32,000 nucleotides of DNA from Candidatus Hermodarchaeota archaeon (GTDB lineage: Archaea; Asgardarchaeota; Heimdallarchaeia; Hodarchaeales; Hodarchaeaceae): contig JBHLKY010000013.1 in assembly GCA_048886185.1 (NCBI GenBank), positions 60,001 to 92,000 on the forward strand. Direction: 5' to 3'. The notes beneath the pieces were generated by a model. It ran no database searches. It was given only the letters and a program-made list of their open reading frames with translations, and was not told where the DNA came from. Within the stretch, counting starts at the first letter, position 1, and each line of letters starts with the position of its first letter. Positions 9,176-18,457 of the stretch are shown piece after piece. The position numbers were made by a program, and so were the translations under genes.

Positions 9176-10078
9176 TTGAACGACAAGTCTTTCATTAAAA
9201 AACTAGGATTTTCACCAACCGATAAAGTAGTAATCATTCATATAGATGACATGGGGTTCTCACACTCATCTAATGTAGCTTCTTTTGAGTGTTTGGACTT
9301 TGGAGTCGCCACATGCGGTTCTGTAATCGTTCCATCACCATGGTTTTTGGAAACAGCATCTATTTGTCAAAAGAATCCTCAATATGATGTAGGAGTTCAT
9401 CTTACTCTAACTTGTGAATACGATCTTTATCGATGGCGAGCATTGAGCTCAATTGATATGGAATCAGGGTTATTAGATAATGAAGGGTGTTTATGGCGGA
9501 CTACAGCAGAAGCTATTACTCATGTTACTCCAGAAGCTGCGAAAATAGAAATGAAGACCCAAGTTCAATACGCTTTAGCACATGGAGTTGATGTCACCCA
9601 CATTGATACTCATATGGGAACAGTTCTGGATCCTAAATTCATTGAATCCTATTTAGAACTTGCCTCAGAATTTCAAATTCCGTCCTTTTTACCACGCTTA
9701 TCACGAGAAGAGATTATTGAATTGGGTTTTGCTGAATATGCTGATTTGTATATGGAACTTCTTCCTCAATTAGAAGCAAACGGAACCATACTAATTGACC
9801 AAATTATTATAGATACAGGTGGGGAACAACTAGACAAAGTTGAATATTATCATAATAGAATGGCTGAAATTAAACCAGGATTGACACATATACTATTCCA
9901 TCCCGCGAAAATGAGCTCTGAACTAAAATCAATCACCCCTGATTCAGCGGTATGGCGTAATCAAGATTACATTGCATTTACTGATGAACGTATCAAGGAA
10001 AGCATTGAAGAATATGACTTTAACTTGATTGGGTATAGGAAATTACGTGATTATTTAAGAAAAACTGTGTATACTTAG
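9176..10078 (+). CDS. YdjC/ChbG-family carbohydrate deacetylase
   Basis: IHIDDMG, VGVHLTL, THIDTHM, FHP motifs; TTG start after AGGTGA. Confidence 0.85.
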   Translation: MNDKSFIKKLGFSPTDKVVIIHIDDMGFSHSSNVASFECLDFGVATCGSVIVPSPWFLETASICQKNPQYDVGVHLTLTCEYDLYRWRALSSIDMESGLLDNEGCLWRTTAEAITHVTPEAAKIEMKTQVQYALAHGVDVTHIDTHMGTVLDPKFIESYLELASEFQIPSFLPRLSREEIIELGFAEYADLYMELLPQLEANGTILIDQIIIDTGGEQLDKVEYYHNRMAEIKPGLTHILFHPAKMSSELKSITPDSAVWRNQDYIAFTDERIKESIEEYDFNLIGYRKLRDYLRKTVYT

Positions 10079-10114
10079 CTTAATGATATTTTTCCAAATA
10101 AAAATTAATAAATA

Positions 10115-10951
10115 GTGATAAAATTGAAATTTAATGTTGCTCTTGCTCAAATTCAATCACGTCAAGCAGACCCGCATTCTAATTTGGAAGAGATTGCACA
10201 AATATGTCAAAAAGAAGAAATTAGTGCTAATCCAAATACTATTGTAGTTTTTCCTGAACTTGCAGTAACAGGTTATCTTATGCATGATGATGTATTCAAT
10301 TTAGCAGAGGAAGTGCCTGGAGGTACACTTAGTCAAGAACTAGAAAACATTGCTAAAGCAAATAATTGTTATCTTATTGCTGGTATACCAGAGATTTCGG
10401 TTCCTGGTGTCTTATACAATTCAGCTGCATTTTTCGGGCCTAAAGGGTTCCTAGGCAAGGGGAGGAAAATCTTCATTCCTAATCACTCTGTTTTCAACGA
10501 GAGAAGATATTTTAGAAGTGCTACAACAATTGATGTTGTTGAAAGTCCTTTGGGAAAAATTGGCCTTCAAATTTGTTATGACCTATTCAGTCCAGAAATC
10601 ACACGAGCTCATGCTTTATTAGGCGCTCATACAAGTATTTGTATCTCCGCTTCACCTGGAGTACGAAGACAATATTTTGAATCCTTCTTACCCACTCGTG
10701 CAATGGAAAACACTATCAATATGGTTTATGTCAACCAATCAGGGATCCAAGATGATTTAGTTTTTTGGGGAGGATCTGAAGTTCGAAATGTTACAGGAAA
10801 ACAAGTAATAAAACTAAAATATGATCAACCTGATTTTGGAATAGCTCAATTAGATACTGATGTCCGAGCTTCTAGACCTTTTGTCCCTACTTTAAGAGAT
10901 GTTCCTCCATGGATTTTTTCAAAATTAGAAAAGGAAAGTCAGGAACTATAA
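10115..10951 (+). CDS. Carbon-nitrogen hydrolase (nitrilase family), probably the glutaminase subunit of NAD synthetase
   Basis: E-K-C triad in VFPEL, GRK, ICYD. IPNHSVFNERRYF and VNQSGIQDDLVFWGGS resemble the glutaminase domain of Gln-dependent NAD synthetases. Ends 17 nt before nadE. Confidence 0.88.
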   Translation: MIKLKFNVALAQIQSRQADPHSNLEEIAQICQKEEISANPNTIVVFPELAVTGYLMHDDVFNLAEEVPGGTLSQELENIAKANNCYLIAGIPEISVPGVLYNSAAFFGPKGFLGKGRKIFIPNHSVFNERRYFRSATTIDVVESPLGKIGLQICYDLFSPEITRAHALLGAHTSICISASPGVRRQYFESFLPTRAMENTINMVYVNQSGIQDDLVFWGGSEVRNVTGKQVIKLKYDQPDFGIAQLDTDVRASRPFVPTLRDVPPWIFSKLEKESQEL

Positions 10952-10968
10952 TAATGGAGAGGAGCTAA

Positions 10969-11808
10969 TTGACCAACATTCCTCCAATTGAAGCACCTCA
11001 TACAATCAAACTTATAGAAGATTTTATTAAAACTCGTGTGGTTGAAGCGAGAGCTAAAGGAGTAATAATCGGATTAAGTGGTGGTATCGATTCCGCGGTA
11101 GTGGCATCAATTGCTGTTCGTGCTTTAAATCCCAAAAGTGTTTATGCTTTGTTTTTACCAAGTGATGCAACGCCAATGTCGGATTTAAAAGATGTTAAAT
11201 CACTATGTTCACTCTTAAATATTAAATTAAAAATAATTGACATTCAAACCATTATCAATAACTTCTCTGAGGAAATCCAAGAAAAAGAGCAACAGCTGTT
11301 GTTGGAATGGGCTAATTTTAAACCCAGGATTCGTCAAGCAGTCCTTTATTTCTATGCAAATAGACTCAATTATTTAGTCTGTGGAGCAGGGAATAAAAGT
11401 GAGTTGATGATAGGATACTTCACTAAGTTTGGGGATGCTGCTGTCGATCTATTACCTATTGGAGATGTCTATAAGACCCATGTATTTCAACTAGGAGAAT
11501 ATTTGAATATACCCCAAAATATCCTCAAAAAACCACCGTCAGCTGGTTTGTGGGAGGGGCAAACCGATGAAGCTGAGATTGGTATGTCATATGAACAGCT
11601 TGATAGTATTCTATATGGTCTAGAACGGTTTCAAACTGAGAATGAAGTTGCAGACTATCTTCAAATCCCTATTGCAGATGTAAAAAAAGTCCATTCAAAG
11701 CTTTATCAAAGTGAGCACAAACGACGAGGGCCACTTATTTTTAAGTTGGGAATAAGGACTCCTAATATAGATTGGCGAATTCCATTAATTAAACCGACTG
11801 ATGTCTAG
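10969..11808 (+). CDS. nadE: NAD+ synthetase (synthetase subunit)
   Basis: LSGGIDS PP-loop, NFKPRIR, GNKSE, GYFTKFGD, DVYKT, PPSAGLWEGQTDE, SEHKRR; TTG start after GAGGAG. Confidence 0.95.
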   Translation: MTNIPPIEAPHTIKLIEDFIKTRVVEARAKGVIIGLSGGIDSAVVASIAVRALNPKSVYALFLPSDATPMSDLKDVKSLCSLLNIKLKIIDIQTIINNFSEEIQEKEQQLLLEWANFKPRIRQAVLYFYANRLNYLVCGAGNKSELMIGYFTKFGDAAVDLLPIGDVYKTHVFQLGEYLNIPQNILKKPPSAGLWEGQTDEAEIGMSYEQLDSILYGLERFQTENEVADYLQIPIADVKKVHSKLYQSEHKRRGPLIFKLGIRTPNIDWRIPLIKPTDV

Positions 11809-13607
11809 TTAACAGTTGCTCTGATTCGGATCAACCCAACGCCAATACTTTGCTGTTTTTGAATTGTAAAATGACCTATTTCTTGTGTATTCTTAACATG
11901 GGGTCCAGTACAAATTTCTTTTGAGAAATCACCAACAGAATACACAGAGACTCTTCCCTCATATCGTTCATCAAATAAGCCTATAGCTCCTTGTTCTTTT
12001 GCCTCTTGAGGAGTCATAATCTCCTTTTTTACTGTTAGTGCGTCTTTAATTTTCTGGTTTACAATCTCCTCTACTTTTTTTAGCTCATCGGAAGAAAGGG
12101 TCTTGGAATGACTGAAATCAAATCGGGTTCGCTCAGGAGTTATATTACTACCTTTTTGTTCAACATGATCCCCTAGTACATCTCTCAGGGCTTGTTGGAG
12201 TAAATGGGTTGCGGTATGTAAACGTGTTGTCCTTTCAGAATGATCTGCAAGACCACTATGAAATGTACCTGCAGTGGCTTTCCTGGAAAGATCTCGATGA
12301 CGCTCAAATTCCTCGCTAAAAACCTCAAGATTAATTGAAATGTTTTGTTCAGCTGCAAGTTCTGTAGTGATTTCAAGAGGGAATCCAAATGAAGTAAATA
12401 AGAGGAAAGCGTCCTCTCCTGTAATAGTACCCTTTTCTTTCAAAATCTGATTGAATTTACGTAGGCCTCGGCGAAGTGCTTTTGAAAATTTTTGCTCTTC
12501 TTGAGTAAGATTGTTAAGGATAAACTTTTTATTTCGCTCAAGTTCAGGATAAGGTTCTTTGTGTAAATTAATAACAATTTGGGCGAGTATTGGTAGAAAT
12601 TGTTGTTTAATCTTTAAGAAATTCCCTTGACGAATAGTTCGTCTAATTAATCTTCGTAGAACATAACCAGCTCCTAAATTAGAGGGTGGAAGATGCTTGT
12701 CATCACCTAAGATAAAGGTTGCAGCTCTGACATGATCAACAATAATACGAACCGCTCGTGTTTGCTCTGCATTCAGTGGTGATTTAATTCGCGCCAACTT
12801 CATGACTCTTTCTACTAATGGAGCATATGAGTCTATCTCGAAAACAGTTTTCATTCCATTTAAAACTGCGACTGTACGTTCAATTCCCATTCCCGTATCT
12901 ACATTATGCTGTTTTAATTTCTCATACGTCCCATCAGATTTCTTGTTGTAACTCATGAAGACATCGTTCCAAATTTCGAAGAATTTTCCACAGTGACAAC
13001 CAGGTTTGCAAGATTCAGAACAGGGCTTCTTACCTGTATCATAGAACATTTCAGTATCAGGACCACAAGGACCTGTTTCACCTGCAGGTCCCCACCAGTT
13101 ATCCTCACGTGAGAAATAATAAATCCGTTCATCAGGAATCCCTACTTCTCGCCAATATTTTGCAGATTCTTCGTCACGAGGAACCTCTTCGTCTCCTTCA
13201 AAAACTGTTACAGAAATTCTCTTGGGATCCAGTCCTAACCAACTAGGATCTGTCAAAAATTCCCAACTCATTGCAATGGCTTCTTTTTTAAAGTAATCTC
13301 CAAGGGACCAGTTTCCTAGCATCTCGAAGAATGTTAAATGGCTAGGATCACCCACATCTTCAATATCTCCAGTACGAATGCATTTTTGGCAGTTTACTAA
13401 ACGATTACCTGCAGGATGGGGTTGCCCCATTAGATATACCTGTAAAGGATGCATCCCAGCTGTGGTAAAGAGAACTGTAGGATCATTTTCAGGCATAACT
13501 GAGGCGGAAGGGATAATAACGTGGTTCTTCTCCTTAAAAAACTGGAGATAAAGTGTTCTTAATTCATTCGATTCCACAGATGGTTCACAATCCTGTTTAA
13601 TGTTCAT
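11805..13607 (-). CDS. alaS: Alanyl-tRNA synthetase, short bacterial-like form (aminoacylation + editing domains, no C-Ala)
   Basis: DPTVLFTTAGMHP, CQKCIRTGDI, HLTFFEMLGNWS, EIWNDVFM, DTGMGIER, GYVLRRLIRR; editing HTATHLL and EICTGPHV; protein ends right after the editing domain. Its stop overlaps the nadE stop in a shared CTAG. Confidence 0.95.
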   Translation of the reverse strand: MNIKQDCEPSVESNELRTLYLQFFKEKNHVIIPSASVMPENDPTVLFTTAGMHPLQVYLMGQPHPAGNRLVNCQKCIRTGDIEDVGDPSHLTFFEMLGNWSLGDYFKKEAIAMSWEFLTDPSWLGLDPKRISVTVFEGDEEVPRDEESAKYWREVGIPDERIYYFSREDNWWGPAGETGPCGPDTEMFYDTGKKPCSESCKPGCHCGKFFEIWNDVFMSYNKKSDGTYEKLKQHNVDTGMGIERTVAVLNGMKTVFEIDSYAPLVERVMKLARIKSPLNAEQTRAVRIIVDHVRAATFILGDDKHLPPSNLGAGYVLRRLIRRTIRQGNFLKIKQQFLPILAQIVINLHKEPYPELERNKKFILNNLTQEEQKFSKALRRGLRKFNQILKEKGTITGEDAFLLFTSFGFPLEITTELAAEQNISINLEVFSEEFERHRDLSRKATAGTFHSGLADHSERTTRLHTATHLLQQALRDVLGDHVEQKGSNITPERTRFDFSHSKTLSSDELKKVEEIVNQKIKDALTVKKEIMTPQEAKEQGAIGLFDERYEGRVSVYSVGDFSKEICTGPHVKNTQEIGHFTIQKQQSIGVGLIRIRATVN

Positions 13608-13794
13608 AGAGAACCGTTTATTTAGATTTAATAAATTCTCGTCTCTGAATGTAAGCGATCTTAGTGGAATTTAATCCAAAGATATGCCCTACGTTCATAT
13701 TTATTAGTAACTTACGTTGGTATTACTCCAGGTTATGAAAAAAAATATTGGTTAATTATAAAATCCATATGTTTTTGGTAGAATTCTGTAAAAG

Positions 13795-16700
13795 TTACGT
13801 TTCAATGTTAATAGTAATTTTTCTTATATTCTCATATGGATCTTGGATTTTCCACACCTTGGTAAGACCTTTTTCTGATGTATGAAACTCTAACTTTTGC
13901 GCTAATACTTCTTCTTGAATGAATGATGAATAATTATTGATGATTTCAATAATTTCTGGGTCAGTTTCAGAAAAGTTTACAGTTATTTCAGCGTCATACT
14001 CAAGTTCCATGTCTTTTCGCATTGATTGGATTCGGCGAATTAAGTCCCGTACGAATCCTTCCTGAATCAGATCCTCAGTTAATTCCAAATTTAAGAAAAG
14101 ATCTCCATGACTAAAAGAAGCGCCACTAAATCCTTCTCGCTCTGTAATTCTGATTTCTAGATCCTCTTTGTGAATCTCATAATTCCTTCCCTCAAGGGTG
14201 ATTTTAAAACTTCCTTCGTGTGAGATTTTGTCAGCAATTTCTTTTGCTAGCTGGCCTTTTTGGTTTTTCATCCAGTTTGCAATAAGATTGGCCTTCTTTT
14301 TAAATTTTGGTCCAAGTTGTTTGAAGTTGGGGGAGAAATTTATTTCTTGGAACTCCAAGGGGTCATCTGTGAAGCTCATATCCTTAACATTGAGTTCTTG
14401 TAATATAAGTTCTTTTAATGTGACGAGAGCTTCCTTTCCTTCTGCATTAGTAACAAATATAACTTGGGGTAAAGGCCAACGAGCTTTTAAACCCTTTTGA
14501 GCGCGAATAGCTCTTCCAGTAGTAATTGCATCTCGTGTAATTGTGATTAAATTCTCAATTTTGGGATTAATAAGACGCTCATTTGATTCTGGTAAGGTTT
14601 CTAAGTGAACGCTTTCCAATCCTGATCCTTGACCTTTAACTAGAACTTGATACATTTTTTCGCTTAGAAAAGGTAAAATCGGTGCAAGGATCTTAGACAG
14701 TGAATGAAGAATTTCATAAAGAGTAGAATAGGCGGATTTTTTGGAAATACTCAATTCCTTTTCCCAAAACCTGCGACGAGATTGTCTAATCCATAAATTA
14801 GAAAGATCACTATTAAGAAATGTTTGAAGCGATTTGAGGACTTGGTGAATTGTTAAATCTTCAAATCCCTGGTGTACTTCTTTGAGTACACTATTATAAC
14901 GGGAAAGAATCCATTGGTCTAAGATTGGACGATTTTCTGGAGAGATCAGATATTTCTGATCATTTGAGGAATATTCATCTAAGTTGGCATACGTTACAAA
15001 GAATAATAATACGTTCCACAATGGGAGAATAAATTCTTTCATACTTTCCTCAACCAAATTAAGGCCGAAACGGACATCATTCCATGTAGGAGTACTGAAT
15101 AGCATCCAGCGGGCGGGATCAGCTCCAAACTTCTCAAAAACATCTTTAGGAGCAATTACATTACCTTTTGATTTGGACATCTTTTTTCCCTCCTCATCTT
15201 GGGTATGCCCCATTGTTAGACATGTTTTAAACGAAATATTATCAAATACAACTGTAGAAATGGCATGAAGTGAATAGAACCACCCCCGTGTCTGGTCTAT
15301 AGCCTCAGTGATGAAATCAACTGGGAAGTGCCTTTTAAATTCTTCTTTATTTTCAAAAGGATAATGCCATTGAGCAAAAGGAGCTGCTCCAGAATCATAC
15401 CAACAATCAATGACATATTCTTCTCTAATAGAGTTAGCATTACAGGAAGGACATTTAACATTAATCTGATCAACATAGGGTTTATGAAGAGAAAAACCCT
15501 TTGGTAACCCTCCCTCAGTCAATTTATTGAGTTCTTCACGACTACCTATTACAAATTCATGTCCTTTTTCACAAGTCCAAATGGGAAGAGGAGTTCCCCA
15601 ATAACGAGATCGGGAGAGTGCCCAGTCTTTTAGCTCATCAAGAAAATTACCAAATCGTCCATTCTTTAGATGTTTTGGCATCCAACGTATCTGTTGATTT
15701 AATTCTTGGATCCGTTCCCGTAATTGGCTCATCCCGATGAACCATGATTCCATAGCATAATAAAGTAACGGAGAATCACATCTCCAGCAAAACGGATAAG
15801 TATGTGTTATGGTTTTCTCGCGTAAGAGCTTTTTTTCCTTTCGTAATTGCTCCATGATAAGTGGATCCGCTTCTTTAACATGCATTCCTCCAAAATCGGG
15901 CATGTCTTTAACAAATGTGCCATTCTCTAGGACAGGATTGAACATCTCGACCCCAATCTCTTGACAGAGTTCATAATCTTCAACGCCAAAAGCAGGGGCA
16001 CAATGAACAATACCTGTACCTTCATCCATTAAAACAAAGTTGGCATCAGTAACAAAGTGAGCTCTTCCTTGTGCATTGTCGCCAGTATATGAGAAGAGGG
16101 GTTCATATTCCATTCCAATAAGCTCTTTTCCTTTAAATTCTCGGATGATTGGTTTTCCTTCTGGAAAAACTGGAGATAACAATTTTTTAGCTAAGATTAA
16201 GGACTCATTATCATGTTCTACTTCAATATAAGTAGCATTTTTGTCTATTGCCAGAACTAAATTAGATAGAAGGGTCCAAGGAGTTGTTGTCCAAGCCAAA
16301 AAGAACCGCTTTCTTTCTCCCTTTTCTTTAATCTTGAATTTTATGTAAATACTTGGATCTTGGACTTCTTGGTATCCTTGAGCGACTTCATGTGACGAAA
16401 TCGGTGTACCACATCTGGTGCAATATGGAATGACCTTATATCCTTTGAATAAAAGCTTTTTCTCATAAATCTGCTTTAATGACCACCATACAGACTCAAT
16501 GTATTCTTCGGACATAGTAATATACGATCGTGGCATATCCAGATGAAATCCGATTCTTTCGGACATTTCTTCCCATTCATTGACATATCTTAGGACTGAT
16601 TCACGACATCGTGCATTAAAGTTTTCAATTCCATATTCTTCAATATCCTCTTTTCCTTCTAATCCTAATTCTTTCTCAACTTCAATTTCGACTGGCAACC

Positions 16701-16971
16701 CATGACAATCCCAACCACCGATACGGGGAGTAACAAAGTGACCTGTCATAGTTTTATATCGAAGAAAAACATCTTTGATTGCACGGGTAAGTGCATGCCC
16801 CATGTGTGGATGTCCGTTCGCGGTTGGTGGCCCTTCGACAAAAACATATGGGGGATTCTCCTTTGAAGCTTCCTGTACCTTTTTTTCTATTTTATTTTTT
16901 TTCCAAAAGTTGAAAATGGCTTCTTCTTGAGTTGGGAGATCAGGTGTAGTAGGTAAAGTAGGAAATTTCAC
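13795..16971 (-). CDS. ileS: Isoleucyl-tRNA synthetase, type 2
   Basis: EGPPTANGHPHMGH (HIGH), GWDCHGLPVE, WTTTPWTL and GTGIVHCAPAFG editing motifs, SRSRYWGTP, KMSKSKGN; long type-2 C-terminus; GTG start. Confidence 0.97.
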   Translation of the reverse strand: MKFPTLPTTPDLPTQEEAIFNFWKKNKIEKKVQEASKENPPYVFVEGPPTANGHPHMGHALTRAIKDVFLRYKTMTGHFVTPRIGGWDCHGLPVEIEVEKELGLEGKEDIEEYGIENFNARCRESVLRYVNEWEEMSERIGFHLDMPRSYITMSEEYIESVWWSLKQIYEKKLLFKGYKVIPYCTRCGTPISSHEVAQGYQEVQDPSIYIKFKIKEKGERKRFFLAWTTTPWTLLSNLVLAIDKNATYIEVEHDNESLILAKKLLSPVFPEGKPIIREFKGKELIGMEYEPLFSYTGDNAQGRAHFVTDANFVLMDEGTGIVHCAPAFGVEDYELCQEIGVEMFNPVLENGTFVKDMPDFGGMHVKEADPLIMEQLRKEKKLLREKTITHTYPFCWRCDSPLLYYAMESWFIGMSQLRERIQELNQQIRWMPKHLKNGRFGNFLDELKDWALSRSRYWGTPLPIWTCEKGHEFVIGSREELNKLTEGGLPKGFSLHKPYVDQINVKCPSCNANSIREEYVIDCWYDSGAAPFAQWHYPFENKEEFKRHFPVDFITEAIDQTRGWFYSLHAISTVVFDNISFKTCLTMGHTQDEEGKKMSKSKGNVIAPKDVFEKFGADPARWMLFSTPTWNDVRFGLNLVEESMKEFILPLWNVLLFFVTYANLDEYSSNDQKYLISPENRPILDQWILSRYNSVLKEVHQGFEDLTIHQVLKSLQTFLNSDLSNLWIRQSRRRFWEKELSISKKSAYSTLYEILHSLSKILAPILPFLSEKMYQVLVKGQGSGLESVHLETLPESNERLINPKIENLITITRDAITTGRAIRAQKGLKARWPLPQVIFVTNAEGKEALVTLKELILQELNVKDMSFTDDPLEFQEINFSPNFKQLGPKFKKKANLIANWMKNQKGQLAKEIADKISHEGSFKITLEGRNYEIHKEDLEIRITEREGFSGASFSHGDLFLNLELTEDLIQEGFVRDLIRRIQSMRKDMELEYDAEITVNFSETDPEIIEIINNYSSFIQEEVLAQKLEFHTSEKGLTKVWKIQDPYENIRKITINIET

Positions 16972-17232
16972 AATTTATCACTTTATTTGGCGAAAATAAG
17001 TAAAGTATTTGTACATTTACCCCTAAAAAAAAGGGCAAAAAAACTTTAGGATAACTAATTGGCTAGTTCTTTCATAAATAGCAAATATTTTTCAAGTATC
17101 AACAACCTTTCGCCTTGGAGTCAAATTAGCCTTGACAGAATTGCTTCCAAAAAGAATAAATTTCATTCAAAATGAAAACAGAGGCTATTTTAATCATGTT
17201 TTTTATCAAAAATCCTTATTGAGCTGATTCTT

Positions 17233-17622
17233 ATGTCTGAAAGTGCCAAAAGAACTATAAAAGTAGTTGAAAAAGTCTTTGACAGTAAATATGTAGATAT
17301 TCCTCTCTGTATCTCCATTATTACTGATGAGGGTCTCGAATTATATTCTACAACAACCTGCGATCCATCTGAGATGGAGTCAATTAATATCTTGGGACTT
17401 GTTGCATTCGAAGAATTAAAATCCTCCTTTAACGCTCGAACTGAAGAAGAAATCAATATCTTGATCTTTCGTACTCCAAAGAAGGAATGCTATGTTGCTC
17501 CTGTAGCAAAAGATATTTTTATGGTAGCTGCTGCCATGCCTGGCGCTGTCGGTGATGTAATGCCCCTGTTAGATGGTTTAAGTGCACAAGTAAGTTTTGA
17601 ATTAGCAAAATTAGAGAAATGA
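17233..17622 (+). CDS. Roadblock/LAMTOR (MglB/LC7-like) fold protein
   Basis: 129 aa with helix, CISIITDEGLELYS (like the aivs.dGl.ias strand pair), helix, three strands and a terminal GAVGDV...helix, matching Roadblock topology by eye. Confidence 0.6.
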   Translation: MSESAKRTIKVVEKVFDSKYVDIPLCISIITDEGLELYSTTTCDPSEMESINILGLVAFEELKSSFNARTEEEINILIFRTPKKECYVAPVAKDIFMVAAAMPGAVGDVMPLLDGLSAQVSFELAKLEK

Positions 17623-17632
17623 GGTAATAAAT

Positions 17633-18457
17633 ATGAAAGTCGATCATCTTCAAACGGTAGCAGAACAGGCTGTTAAAATGGCTGGATCATTTCTGCGATT
17701 ATTGTCATTTGAAGGACTTCAGATTTTTCGAAAAGGTAAAAGTGATGTTGTTACAAGTTTTGATATGGAATCAGAGCGATTAATAAAGAACCATATATTG
17801 ATGCACTTTCCTGATCACTTAATTCAGGCTGAAGAATCACAAATTGACCTCGAAACATTCCCAGACAACATAATATGGTTCATCGACCCCTTAGATGGTA
17901 CAAAAGCGTTTCTAAGAGGAAATTTCGCTTTTGTTAGTATGTCTGTAGCTGCTTGGGATAAATCAGGGGTATTAGCGGGAGTGGTTTATAATCCGTTTAC
18001 AGATATGCTCTATTCTGCTGCAAGAGGGAGTGGAGTGCGTTTAAATGGTAATTCTCTCAGTCAACCTCGTACCTGTCCTATAAAAAAAGCTCGTCTTCTA
18101 ATAGATTTCTCGAATCGTCTTTCTCTTCCCCTTCAAAAGGAAATGGCAATAGCTGATCTAACAGGACGGATTGGAAGGGCTTATCGGCTTGGTGGTGGGA
18201 TCTCACAACACCTAATGTTAATTGCTCAAGGTACACTTGATGGAGGATTGTTTTGGGGAGCTGGGAAGAAGGGACAGTATTGGGATATTGCCGCTGCAGC
18301 AATTATCCTCGATAGACTTGGATTTAAATTTACTAATCTTGAAGGAAAACCAATCCATCCATCTGACCAAGTCTTTGATCAGTTAGTTGTTGCTCTCCCT
18401 AAATTACATCAAGAAATGTTAGAATGGATAGCTGAGATGAAAAGATTAGATTCTTGA
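17633..18457 (+). CDS. Inositol monophosphatase family protein (SuhB/FBPase-like)
   Basis: VVTSFDMESE, FPDHLIQAEE, FIDPLDGT, YWDIAAA metal-binding motifs. Confidence 0.9.
   Translation: MKVDHLQTVAEQAVKMAGSFLRLLSFEGLQIFRKGKSDVVTSFDMESERLIKNHILMHFPDHLIQAEESQIDLETFPDNIIWFIDPLDGTKAFLRGNFAFVSMSVAAWDKSGVLAGVVYNPFTDMLYSAARGSGVRLNGNSLSQPRTCPIKKARLLIDFSNRLSLPLQKEMAIADLTGRIGRAYRLGGGISQHLMLIAQGTLDGGLFWGAGKKGQYWDIAAAAIILDRLGFKFTNLEGKPIHPSDQVFDQLVVALPKLHQEMLEWIAEMKRLDS

Noticed and set aside
11805-11808. Shared CTAG stop overlap of nadE/alaS (and 12-nt IMPase/HTH overlap at 18446-18457)
   Set aside because: Real, but short convergent overlaps are common in compact genomes.
13608-13794. T-box-like leader between ileS and alaS
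   Set aside because: No T-box consensus or convincing terminator/antiterminator found; T-boxes are bacterial.
7844-15268. ORFs 7844-8077, 12185-12388, 14198-14500, 14984-15268
   Set aside because: Antisense shadows of the hydratase, alaS and ileS.
16790-16840. Mupirocin hyper-resistance signature in IleRS
   Set aside because: The motif is canonical HMGH, not the swapped GxHH type.
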